This document shows positions 20,261-29,595 of a DNA stretch of 59,670 nt, piece after piece. The notes beneath the pieces are model-generated. The model worked only from the letters and a program-made list of their open reading frames with translations. It had not been told where the DNA came from and searched no databases. Every line of letters begins with the position of its first letter. The stretch's first letter is position 1. The translations under genes and the position numbers were made by a program. The DNA is from a bacterium (GTDB lineage Bacteria > Zixibacteria > MSB-5A5 > GN15 > FEB-12): assembly GCA_043811375.1 (NCBI GenBank), contig JBDRNJ010000040.1, positions 1 to 59,670 on the forward strand, read 5' to 3'.

Positions 20261-22348
20261 ATGACTGAAAATGCCTATCTGATTCCCCTCCTGCAGTTAC
20301 TTGCATTCGTGCTGATTGTATTCTGCCTGCGCTGGAAAGAGAAGGTCGCGGCCGGCTTTTCGATAGCCATGATCGTGATGGCCTGGGTGATGTCGATCAT
20401 CATTCTGGTTGAGACACTGGGTCGTGGTGGCGCCGCTTACGAGGCCTTTTATACGTTCGTCAGTTTCCGCGATATCAACCTTGAGATCGGTATCCTCATT
20501 GACGCCCTGACGGCGGTTATGCTGCTGGTCGTTACGACCGTCGGCGCCTGCGTGGTGATCTATTCAGTGGGCTACATGCATGGCGACCCGCGCTTCAGCC
20601 GGTTTTTCGCTTACCTGTCGCTGTTCTTGTTTTCCATGCTGGGCCTGGTAGTAGCCAACAACTTCTTCATGATCTTTATCTTCTGGGAGTTGGTGGGGCT
20701 GACCAGTTACCTGCTGATCGGCTTCTGGTTCGAAAAGAAATCGGCGGCCGATGCCTGCAAGAAAGCTTTCATCACTACCCGTATCGGCGACCTGGGCTTC
20801 CTGGTCGGATTGTTCATGATGGGGGTGTATATTGGAACGTTCAATTACGGTGGCGTTTTTGAGGCGGTCGGGTCGGGAATCATACCGGCCGGGATCGTCA
20901 CCGCTATAGCGATATTTGTTTTCTGCGGCGCCGTCGGCAAGTCGGCGCAATTCCCGCTGCACGTCTGGCTGCCCGATGCCATGGAGGGTCCCACGCCGGT
21001 TTCGGCGTTGATCCATGCCGCCACCATGGTTGCCGCAGGTGTCTACCTGGTGGCACGCTCGATGAACATCTTCGTGGGTTCGGAGGACGCCTCGCTGGTG
21101 GTGGCGATCATCGGTGTGGTGACGTCATTGATAGCAGCCTCGATTGCCCTGGTGCAGGTGGATATCAAACGAATTTTAGCCTACTCGACGGTCAGTCAAC
21201 TGGGCTACATGATAATGGCTCTGGGACTGTACGGTTACGACACGGCCAATCATCATCATTCCGCCGGCTATATGGCGGGAACCTTCCACCTGATGACGCA
21301 CGCTTTCTTCAAGGGGTTGTTGTTCCTCGGGGCGGGATCGGTGATTCACGCCGTACACACCAACGACATCCGTGAGATGGGCGGACTGGCGCGGAAGATG
21401 AAACTTACGGCACCGGCGTTCCTGATCGCTTCACTGTCAATTGCCGGCATCTTCCCCCTGTCCGGTTTCTGGTCCAAGGATGAAATTATCGCGACCACAT
21501 TGCATCACCCGGTCTTCCTGGTGCTGACACTGACAATAGCCTTTATGACCGCTTTTTACATGTGGCGACTCTGTTTCCTGACATTCTTCGGCGAGCCACG
21601 CGACCAGAAGCGGTTTGACCACGCCCACGAGTCGCCGCGGGTAATGACCTGGCCGCTGGTCTTTCTGGCGGTGCTTTCCGTGTGTGCCGGCTGGGTGGGA
21701 TTGCCGTGGCTGCGTCACGGGTTCTCATCGTTTGTGTACCATGGCCAGCCGCACCATGCCGAGCCGTCTTATATTCTGATGATCGTATCTAGCCTGGTCG
21801 CCCTGTCGGGGATTGGCCTGGCCTATCTTATCTACTACAAGAAGACATGGTCGGCGGAAAAGATCGGCAACACCTTCCGCCCGATCTACACGCTGCTGTT
21901 TAACAAATATTACTTTGATGAGATTTACCAGGCTGTGGTTTTGAACCCTACCATGGCGTTCGCCCGGTACATGTGGACATTTGACGCCCGGGTGATTGAT
22001 GGAGCCGTTAACGGCACCGCCTGGCTGATGATTCTGTGGTCGGATATAAAAGAATGGTTCGACACCTGGATTGTCGATGGCGCGGTTAACGGTGCGGGCT
22101 GGTTGGTATGTCAGTCCTCCCGGGTGCTGCGTTTCCTGCAGACGGGGAATGTGCAGTTCTATGCGCTTGTCATAGCGGTGTTAGTCGTGCTGTTTGGCCT
22201 GACCAAGATTGAATTTGCCGCGGTAGATTATTCCTGGCCGAAAATGACGGTTCTCTTCGCGGGCGGCCTGGTGTTGCTGGGCCTGGTCTCAAGAGCGATT
22301 GTCGTTCGGGAACGCTCCCGCCGGGAGACACAACAGGATAATAGTTAG
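20261..22348 (+). CDS. nuoL: Complex I subunit L
   Basis: GKSAQFPLHVWLPDAMEGPTPVSALIHAATMV, THAFFKG. Confidence 0.96.
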   Translation: MTENAYLIPLLQLLAFVLIVFCLRWKEKVAAGFSIAMIVMAWVMSIIILVETLGRGGAAYEAFYTFVSFRDINLEIGILIDALTAVMLLVVTTVGACVVIYSVGYMHGDPRFSRFFAYLSLFLFSMLGLVVANNFFMIFIFWELVGLTSYLLIGFWFEKKSAADACKKAFITTRIGDLGFLVGLFMMGVYIGTFNYGGVFEAVGSGIIPAGIVTAIAIFVFCGAVGKSAQFPLHVWLPDAMEGPTPVSALIHAATMVAAGVYLVARSMNIFVGSEDASLVVAIIGVVTSLIAASIALVQVDIKRILAYSTVSQLGYMIMALGLYGYDTANHHHSAGYMAGTFHLMTHAFFKGLLFLGAGSVIHAVHTNDIREMGGLARKMKLTAPAFLIASLSIAGIFPLSGFWSKDEIIATTLHHPVFLVLTLTIAFMTAFYMWRLCFLTFFGEPRDQKRFDHAHESPRVMTWPLVFLAVLSVCAGWVGLPWLRHGFSSFVYHGQPHHAEPSYILMIVSSLVALSGIGLAYLIYYKKTWSAEKIGNTFRPIYTLLFNKYYFDEIYQAVVLNPTMAFARYMWTFDARVIDGAVNGTAWLMILWSDIKEWFDTWIVDGAVNGAGWLVCQSSRVLRFLQTGNVQFYALVIAVLVVLFGLTKIEFAAVDYSWPKMTVLFAGGLVLLGLVSRAIVVRERSRRETQQDNS

Positions 22349-22372
22349 TGAGTTTGGAGGATAAATTATAGC

Positions 22373-23863
22373 ATGGATTTCCCCTGGTTAAGTTCACTGG
22401 TTTTTTTCCCCCTGGCGGGGATGATAGCGGTGATGCTGATTCCCAAACAGAACTTCGGCGCCATTCGCTGGACCGCCCTGATAGTTAGTGTATTTCCCAT
22501 GTTGGCGTCGTTCTGGCTGACCTGGGACTACTTCTTCAACTATTGCGGCACGTCGGCGATGGCTTATGTCGAGGGCCCTTACGCCTGGATCCCGTCGTTG
22601 AATATCCAGTACTATCTTGGCGTAGACGGCATCTCGATACCGATGTTGTTTCTGACCGGCCTGCTGTCGACGTTGTCTTTGCTGGCTTCCTTCAATATCG
22701 AGAAGCGGGTTAAAGAGTACTTCGCCTTTTTCCTGTTGCTGGAGGCGGGGATGATGGGTGTGTTCGTAGCACTGGACTTCTTCCTCTTCTACGTATTCTG
22801 GGAGATAATGCTGGTGCCGATGTATTTCCTCATCGGTGTCTGGGGCGGTCCGCGTAAGGAATATGCCGCAATCAAGTTCTTCCTGTATACCCTGTTCGGT
22901 TCGTTGTTCATGCTGGTGGCGATACTGATACTCTATTTCACCTCGGAACCGCACACCCTGAACCTGATGACACTGATCGAAACCGGTCCGACCATGTCGC
23001 ACACTTTGCAGATGGTCTGCTTCATCTTCTTCTTTATCGCTTTTGCCATCAAGGTCCCGGTATGGCCGTTTCACACCTGGCTTCCCGACGCTCACGTGGA
23101 GGCACCGACGGCGGTATCGGTCATCCTGGCCGGAGTACTGCTGAAAATGGGTACTTACGCCATGCTGCGCATTAGCTGGCCGATGTTCCCCGACGCCCTG
23201 CGGACGCTGTCGTTCTGGATTGCCGTGCTGGGGGTAATTGCCATCATCTACGGCGCCCTGGTGTCGATGGCGCAGAAAGACCTCAAAAAGCTGGTGGCCT
23301 ATTCATCGGTCTCGCACATGGGATTCTGCATTCTGGCGCTGGCGGCGTTTCCGTCCGTAACGGCCATTGCCGGGTGCATGTTCCAGATGGTATCGCACGG
23401 TCTGATCACCGGCGCGCTGTTCCTTTTGGTGGGCGTACTTTATGATCGCGCCCACACTCGCGAGATAGCCGCTTTCGGCGGACTGGGCGCCAAGTTGCCG
23501 ATTTACAGCGGTATCATGGTGCTGTTTTCGATGGCGGCGCTGGGGTTGCCGGGAATGTCCGGTTTTGTCTCGGAGTTCATGATTTTTGTCGGCGCCTTTT
23601 CAGCTCTCAACAAGGTGCTGGTAGGTCTGTCGGTGCTGGGTGTGGTCCTGGGTGCCACCTATATGCTCCGCATGGTGCAGAATGTCTTCCTGGGCGAGTT
23701 TGACAAGACACGCTGGGACGGGCTGACCGAGATCAATCTGCGCGAGATCATATCGGTAGCTCCACTGGCCGTGCTGACTATAGCTATCGGTGTTTATCCC
23801 AAACCGCTGGCAACCCTGATGTCGGCCACACTGGAGAACCTCGTAAGCTTGATGGCCAGGTAA
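22373..23863 (+). CDS. nuoM: Complex I subunit M
   Basis: FYVFWE, PFHTWLPDAHVEAP, LVAYSSVSHMG. Confidence 0.96.
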   Translation: MDFPWLSSLVFFPLAGMIAVMLIPKQNFGAIRWTALIVSVFPMLASFWLTWDYFFNYCGTSAMAYVEGPYAWIPSLNIQYYLGVDGISIPMLFLTGLLSTLSLLASFNIEKRVKEYFAFFLLLEAGMMGVFVALDFFLFYVFWEIMLVPMYFLIGVWGGPRKEYAAIKFFLYTLFGSLFMLVAILILYFTSEPHTLNLMTLIETGPTMSHTLQMVCFIFFFIAFAIKVPVWPFHTWLPDAHVEAPTAVSVILAGVLLKMGTYAMLRISWPMFPDALRTLSFWIAVLGVIAIIYGALVSMAQKDLKKLVAYSSVSHMGFCILALAAFPSVTAIAGCMFQMVSHGLITGALFLLVGVLYDRAHTREIAAFGGLGAKLPIYSGIMVLFSMAALGLPGMSGFVSEFMIFVGAFSALNKVLVGLSVLGVVLGATYMLRMVQNVFLGEFDKTRWDGLTEINLREIISVAPLAVLTIAIGVYPKPLATLMSATLENLVSLMAR

Positions 23864-23864
23864 G

Positions 23865-25373
23865 ATGGATTGGCAGTTGCCCGAATATAACCTGCGAATG
23901 ATGCTCCCGGAGATCTTCCTGTTTCTCTGGGCGCTGCTGGTAATCACGTTTGACCTGGTTACCCGCCGCAAGACCGGTGCGGCAGTGGGTTACCTGGCGC
24001 TGGTCGGGTTACTGGTGACCGGTTTTATCCTCAGTATCACCGGTTACGGACGTGGTTTCACTTCGATGTTCTTCAACGATCCGCTGTCTACCTTCTTTAA
24101 GATAATCTTTTTGGGGGCGGCCTTCATGGCTATCGGCAGTTCCTTTGGGATCACGGTACAGAAAATTGTCAACCACCGCGGGGAATACTTCGGGCTGATT
24201 CTGCTCTCCACGGTGGGAATGATGTTTCTGGCATCCTCCAATGAATTGCTGTCGCTGTATATCGGACTGGAACTGACCACCATCCCGTTGTTTGTTCTGG
24301 CGGCCTTCTTCAAAGATGACAAGCTCTCCGTTGAGGCCGGTATCAAGTATCTGATTATGGGAGCGTTGTCATCGGCGCTGCTGCTGTATGGCCTTTCATT
24401 TCTTTACGGCATGTCCGGAACCACCGACCTGGTTCAGATGAAGATCAATCTGGCTATGACCCACCTGACGTTTAAGAATATCGGTTTGATCTTGTCGCTG
24501 GCTATAGTGATGATCATTGCCGGTATCGGTTTCAAGCTGGCCTTACCGCCCTTTCACCAGTGGGCGCCGGACGTATACGAAGGGTCGCCGACACCGATAG
24601 CGGCGTTTTTGTCGGTGGGGTCGAAAGCAGCGGGGGTGGTGGCGTTCGCCAAGATTTTCCTCAATGGTCTATCTGCTTTCTATGGTCCGGAGATGGTGCC
24701 CAACGACTGGGGTATGCTGGCAGGTCTACTGGCTTGCCTGGCTCTGATTATCGGCAACGTGGCGGCCATCCGGCAGACCAATATCAAACGCATGTTGGCC
24801 TATTCCTCTATCGCCCACGCCGGGTACATCATGATCGGCATGGTGGCCGTCAATGAACTGGGGATCGCATCGGTCGGGTTCTATTTATTCGTGTACATGT
24901 TTGCCAATATGGGAGCGTTCGGGGCGGTGGCTATCTTTGAGGACAAGAGTGGATCGTGTCAGATTGCCAGCTATGCCGGGCTTTCGAAGACCTCACCGTT
25001 TTTTTCCATCTCCCTGACAGTGTTTCTGCTTTCCCTGGCCGGTATACCGCCGCTGGCCGGTTTTCTGGGCAAGTACTACATTTTTGCCGCCGCCATCAAA
25101 GCGGCCGGCAGCAATAGCTCTGCCAACTGGCTCTACTGGCTGGTGGGGATCGGTCTGCTGACCTCTGTTTTCTCGCTCTATTACTATGCCAACGTCATAA
25201 AGCAAATGTACTTTTCGGCCGAACCTTCTCCATATAGGATCAGTTTTTCGGTGCCGTCACTGTCGGTGATAATGATCGGGCTCATCGGTGTGGTGCTGTT
25301 TGGGCTCTATCCTGAACCGATCCTGCGACTCGCATCGGATATGTCGTTGGTGTTTGGCTTTATTCAGCCATAA
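23865..25373 (+). CDS. nuoN: Complex I subunit N
   Basis: EAGIKY, PFHQWAPDVYEG.PTP, KRMLAYSSIAHAGY, GIPPLAGF.GK. Confidence 0.96.
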   Translation: MDWQLPEYNLRMMLPEIFLFLWALLVITFDLVTRRKTGAAVGYLALVGLLVTGFILSITGYGRGFTSMFFNDPLSTFFKIIFLGAAFMAIGSSFGITVQKIVNHRGEYFGLILLSTVGMMFLASSNELLSLYIGLELTTIPLFVLAAFFKDDKLSVEAGIKYLIMGALSSALLLYGLSFLYGMSGTTDLVQMKINLAMTHLTFKNIGLILSLAIVMIIAGIGFKLALPPFHQWAPDVYEGSPTPIAAFLSVGSKAAGVVAFAKIFLNGLSAFYGPEMVPNDWGMLAGLLACLALIIGNVAAIRQTNIKRMLAYSSIAHAGYIMIGMVAVNELGIASVGFYLFVYMFANMGAFGAVAIFEDKSGSCQIASYAGLSKTSPFFSISLTVFLLSLAGIPPLAGFLGKYYIFAAAIKAAGSNSSANWLYWLVGIGLLTSVFSLYYYANVIKQMYFSAEPSPYRISFSVPSLSVIMIGLIGVVLFGLYPEPILRLASDMSLVFGFIQP

Positions 25374-25387
25374 CGGACCGGGGGAAC

Positions 25388-25416
25388 TTGATTTTTATGC
25401 CGATTGCCCGTACTAT
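25388..25416 (+). promoter_or_regulatory. Putative sigma70 promoter of the DUF502/PTS-CBS/CaCA genes
   Basis: TTGATT-N17-TACTAT. Confidence 0.5.
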
Positions 25417-25446
25417 CAGAAGGTGACCGCATGGCGGTATTCAATC

Positions 25447-26088
25447 ATGATGTCAAGTGCCAATAGCATAGTTGTTGCCATCAAACGGTATTTCCTCTCG
25501 GGCGTACTGGTAGTTGTTCCGATCATCCTGACATACATCGTTATAAAGTTCCTTTTTGAAGCGATCGACGGCATTTTGCAGCCGGTGCTCTTTCACATCC
25601 TCGGTTACTATGTTCCCGGGCTGGGTGTTCTTACAACGATTCTGGTGATTATTCTGGCCGGAGTGCTGACCCGCAACTTTGTCGGGGCACGTCTTTACGC
25701 CGTCGGTGACCGCTTACTGGCGAAGATGCCGATAATCAGACCGATCTACTCGGCTGCCAAGCAACTGCTGGAGGCGATCACGATGCCTTCCAGCAAATCG
25801 TTCAAGGAAGTGGTGCTGATCGAATATCCTCGTCGGGGTGCGTATGCGCTCTGTTTCATTTCCCGGCGGATGGAGATCGCGGTGAACGGTGAAATAAGAA
25901 AGTTCGTCACTGTCTTTGTGCCGTCAACACCGACACCGGTTTCGGGATTGGTGATAATGGTGCCGGCCGACGAAGTGATACCGGTCGATATGACTATGGA
26001 AGAGGGGATAAAGTTCCTGGTTTCCGGAGGGGTGGCTTCGCCGGAGATAATGAGCGCGGCCACACCCCGCGGAATCTCATCGGAGTGA
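25447..26088 (+). CDS. DUF502 membrane protein
   Basis: YFLSGVLVVVP, PIIRPIYS..KQ, VLIEYPR, FVPSTPTP.SG, SGG. Confidence 0.9.
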   Translation: MMSSANSIVVAIKRYFLSGVLVVVPIILTYIVIKFLFEAIDGILQPVLFHILGYYVPGLGVLTTILVIILAGVLTRNFVGARLYAVGDRLLAKMPIIRPIYSAAKQLLEAITMPSSKSFKEVVLIEYPRRGAYALCFISRRMEIAVNGEIRKFVTVFVPSTPTPVSGLVIMVPADEVIPVDMTMEEGIKFLVSGGVASPEIMSAATPRGISSE

Positions 26089-26096
26089 GGTAGAGC

Positions 26097-27002
26097 GTGA
26101 AACTTGCTAATCTATTGATGGAGCGCCGCATCAAGATCGAGCTTGAGGCCCGTACCAAGGCTGACGCGGTGCAGGAATTGCTGGAACTGGTCAGACGGGA
26201 AGGTGTCAGGATCGACTACGACGCCGTTCTGACGTCGATACGGGAACGGGAGGAAGTGGAGGATACGTCCTATGGACGAGGCGTGGCTTTCCCCCACGCC
26301 CGCACTGACGCCGTCGAGGAAATGTTCATCCTGATCGGCATCTCCAAAACCGGCCTTGAGGACAAGACTCCCGACAACGTGCCGGTGCACCTGGTCTGCC
26401 TGCTGCTGACGCCTTCGACCATTGCCAAACTGTACCTGCAAACGCTCTCGGGTCTGGCGGCTTTTGCCCGTGTGCCGGGGACTCTGGAAAAGCTGCTGAC
26501 CGTCAAGACCGAGCGCGATGTAATCAAGCTGATTTCCAGCGCCAATGTTACCGTCGACAAGGAATTGATGGTCAAGGACGTCATGCGACTCGACGTGGTT
26601 ACCGTAACTACCGATGATACCCTCAAAGACGTTGCCAACAAGATGTTTCGTCACCGCCTGTCGGCCCTGGCGGTAGTGGATGAAAACCGCAAACTGTTAG
26701 GTGTCATCAACGACCGCGACCTGATCAAGGCGGCGCTGCCCGACTACCAGGCGCTGATTTCCAATCTCAATTACTCACTTGATGTCGAGCCGTTTGAGGA
26801 ACTGCTGAAACAGGAAGACAAAATCAAGGTTTCGCAGTTGTTCCGGGAACATTACGAAGTCACTACTCCGGAAACACGGATTGTGGAAGTGGCGGCAATG
26901 ATGATTTTCAAGGATGTTGTGAGAGTTTTTGTCACTTCCGAAGACAACCTGGTCGGCGTTCTGTTGCGCAAGGACATCGTCAATATGATCATCCGGGGCT
27001 GA
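26097..27002 (+). CDS. PTS IIA (Ntr/Fru-type) domain fused to a CBS pair
   Basis: RE...T..GRGVAFPHAR containing the phospho-His. C-terminal VKDVM...VVD...LLGVI CBS repeats. Confidence 0.85.
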   Translation: MKLANLLMERRIKIELEARTKADAVQELLELVRREGVRIDYDAVLTSIREREEVEDTSYGRGVAFPHARTDAVEEMFILIGISKTGLEDKTPDNVPVHLVCLLLTPSTIAKLYLQTLSGLAAFARVPGTLEKLLTVKTERDVIKLISSANVTVDKELMVKDVMRLDVVTVTTDDTLKDVANKMFRHRLSALAVVDENRKLLGVINDRDLIKAALPDYQALISNLNYSLDVEPFEELLKQEDKIKVSQLFREHYEVTTPETRIVEVAAMMIFKDVVRVFVTSEDNLVGVLLRKDIVNMIIRG

Positions 27003-27054
27003 CAGGCAAGCCTGACTCATTTCTCATGGATAACGGAGCATATCGAAAGTTTTC

Positions 27055-28257
27055 ATGACACCCCCCTCCAAAAAGCACGACATTGATCCTTATCTTTACC
27101 TCATTCTGGCACTGGTCCCTTTGATTTGCCTGCCGGGGCTGGCGATCGGCCTGTTTTCAATTCACCTGGCGCCGCATCTGAGCGTGCTGGTGCTGGGATT
27201 CGGGATCTTTGGCGCTGCTTTCATTCTTTCGTGGGCGGCCGAGGCGGCCCAGATGGATATCTCCGAATCGCTGGCGGTGGCCATCCTGGCGCTGCTGGCG
27301 GTGTTGCCGGAGTATGCCGTTGATTTTGTATTTACGTGGAAGGCGGCTCACGACCCATCCCAGGCACATTATGCCATAGCCAACATGACCGGCTCCAACC
27401 GGTTGCTGGTCGGACTCGGCTGGCCGATGGTATTACTGCTATATATCTTGGCTAAAAAGAAAAAGCGTATCGTTCTGGATGAATCGCTACGCGTAGAGAT
27501 TTTTTACCTGATGATGGCTACCCTTTACTCGTTTACGATCCCCTTAAAGGGGAGCCTGACGCTGATTGATACCGTCATACTGGTCTTGCTTTTTGCCCTC
27601 TACGCCCGACGGGCGGCACAGATGGAGACTACCGAGCCGGAAATGGTGGGACCGGTGAAGATCATTGCCAATATGAGCAAGGTTTCCCGTCGGATTGTCA
27701 CGATTCTCATGTTTGCCTTTGCCGGATTGGTCATATTCTCTGTTGCCGAACCGTTTGCTGTGTCACTGGTGGAGATGGGACGGCGGTTTGGCATCGACGA
27801 ATTCCTGCTGGTGCAGTGGCTGGCGCCGATTGCATCGGAGTCACCGGAGTTCATTGTGGCTGCAACCTGGGCCATGCGGGGAGCAGCCGGGCCGGCGCTG
27901 AAGGTGCTGATATCGTCGAAAGTCAACCAGTGGACTCTCCTGGTCGGCACGATTCCGCTGGTTTTCGCTATCTCCGGGGGAGCCATCCGGCCGTTTGTGC
28001 TGGACAGTCTGCAGCAGCACGAGCTTTTTCTGACGGCGGCACAGTCGTTGTTTGGTGTGGCGGTTCTGGTCAATCTCAGGTTCAGTCGCAGCAACGGACT
28101 GCTGCTACTGGCTCTATTTACCAGCCAGTTGATCGTACAGCAGATCAGGATGGAGGTCGCCGTGCTCTATCTACTGCTGGCCGTAGTGTACGGTATCCTG
28201 CACCGCAAGTGCCTGCTGCCGGCGACGCTTATCGGCCTGGGATTGACGAAAAAGTAA
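27055..28257 (+). CDS. Cation:Ca2+ antiporter (CaCA / Na_Ca_ex family)
   Basis: Alpha repeats LAVLPEYAV...ANMTGSN and ASESPEF...LISSKVNQ. About 11 TMs. Confidence 0.85.
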   Translation: MTPPSKKHDIDPYLYLILALVPLICLPGLAIGLFSIHLAPHLSVLVLGFGIFGAAFILSWAAEAAQMDISESLAVAILALLAVLPEYAVDFVFTWKAAHDPSQAHYAIANMTGSNRLLVGLGWPMVLLLYILAKKKKRIVLDESLRVEIFYLMMATLYSFTIPLKGSLTLIDTVILVLLFALYARRAAQMETTEPEMVGPVKIIANMSKVSRRIVTILMFAFAGLVIFSVAEPFAVSLVEMGRRFGIDEFLLVQWLAPIASESPEFIVAATWAMRGAAGPALKVLISSKVNQWTLLVGTIPLVFAISGGAIRPFVLDSLQQHELFLTAAQSLFGVAVLVNLRFSRSNGLLLLALFTSQLIVQQIRMEVAVLYLLLAVVYGILHRKCLLPATLIGLGLTKK

Positions 28258-28310
28258 GTGTGCTCCAGCCGGACCGAAGTGGTCCCAAAAAGTAAGTTTC
28301 TTGAGAAAGT

Positions 28311-28522
28311 GAATGTCGTCACCCTGCGCGGAGTCGAAGGGCGAGTGGCAAGCCACCTCAATTTCAATCGCGTAGCGGGTGCCGAGAGCACATTTACGCA
28401 CGGTCAGGAATCCTTTCCTGACCGGTGGCATCGCCACTTTTATTGGCATTTCCACACATTCTCTTTTGCACAATGGATGTGAGACTGAAGTTGGAAACCT
28501 CATAAATCAGCCGAAGGCTGCC
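28311..28522. repeat. Composite REP-like element, inverted relative to 36830-36994, with an internal insertion
   Basis: Shared blocks GAATGTCGTCACCCTG..CGGAGTCGAAGGGCGAGTGGCA, ATGTGAGACTGA and CATAAATCAGCCGA.GGCTGCC. Confidence 0.8.
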
Positions 28523-28563
28523 GTCACGAAAGGATTCGTGACGGCGCAAGAAAAGACCGCAAG

Positions 28564-28596
28564 AAAAAAGCGGCAGATGCTGTGCACCTGCCGCTT
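28564..28596 (-). terminator. Intrinsic terminator of secDF
   Basis: AAGCGGCAG / CTGCCGCTT stem with a minus-strand U-tract. Confidence 0.65.
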
Positions 28597-28648
28597 GAAT
28601 CGTCATAGTTGTGACGGACGGGCTCGTCCGCCACGGTCGGTTCATTTT

Positions 28649-29575
28649 TTATTTGAACCGCTTGGGACGGCGAGCCTCCCACTCGACTACAATCGGGCTG
28701 GCCACAAAGATGGAACTGTAGGTTCCGACCACCACACCCAGGATGAGCGCCAGCGAGAAGTAGCGCAACACTTCACCGCCAAAGAAGAAGAGAGGACCTA
28801 CCACCAGGAGTACCGTCAGGGAAGTATTGAATGTTCTCGACAACACTTCATTGATGGAGGCATTGACGGCACCGGCAAATTCGCCCTTGGTGCGGTATTT
28901 TTTCAGGTTTTCCCTGATGCGGTCAAATACGACCACCGTGTCTGTTAATGAATAACCGGCCAGGGTCAGCAGGGCGGTGACGATCAGCAAGTCGAATTCC
29001 AGGTTCAGCAGGTAGAGGATTCCCATAACTGCCAAGACGTCGTGGAAAGTCGCGACGGTGGCGGCGATTCCAGAGCGGAAGTCGAAACGAATCCAGATGT
29101 AGAAAACAATACCGAACAACGACAGCAACACCGCCTTCTGGGCATCGCCACGGAGTGTTTCACCGACGGCCGGGCCGATGATGTGCTCGGATACTATGGT
29201 GAAGTTGTTGCCGGTGAACTTAGTCTCAATTATCTGCTTCAACATCACCAGTCGATCACGGCTTTCAGCTTCGGATTCGGGTCGCTTGGTCTTGATGATG
29301 AAAGCATTGGGTTCGGTGAAATCCTTGAGGTTGGTGATCTGAGCGTCGGGAAATTCCGTCGTCACAGCCGCCCGCAGATCATCGATAGTCACCGACTGAT
29401 CGAAATGACCGGTCACCATAACACCGCCGGCGAAATCGATTCCCAGATTGGCCTTGCCGGTGGCGATCATGACGAAGCCGACAACCCCGATTATGACCAG
29501 CGCTACCGACAGCACAAAGGCGTACTTGCGAAGGCCAATGAAGTTGATATTGGTCTTACCAATTATTCTGAACAT
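28649..29575 (-). CDS. secF: Protein translocase subunit SecF
   Basis: LGIDFAGG, HD, GYSLTDTVVVFDRIREN, GTYSSIFVA. Confidence 0.96.
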   Translation of the reverse strand: MFRIIGKTNINFIGLRKYAFVLSVALVIIGVVGFVMIATGKANLGIDFAGGVMVTGHFDQSVTIDDLRAAVTTEFPDAQITNLKDFTEPNAFIIKTKRPESEAESRDRLVMLKQIIETKFTGNNFTIVSEHIIGPAVGETLRGDAQKAVLLSLFGIVFYIWIRFDFRSGIAATVATFHDVLAVMGILYLLNLEFDLLIVTALLTLAGYSLTDTVVVFDRIRENLKKYRTKGEFAGAVNASINEVLSRTFNTSLTVLLVVGPLFFFGGEVLRYFSLALILGVVVGTYSSIFVASPIVVEWEARRPKRFK

Positions 29576-29595
29576 AGTCGCATTGTCTCCTCGTC

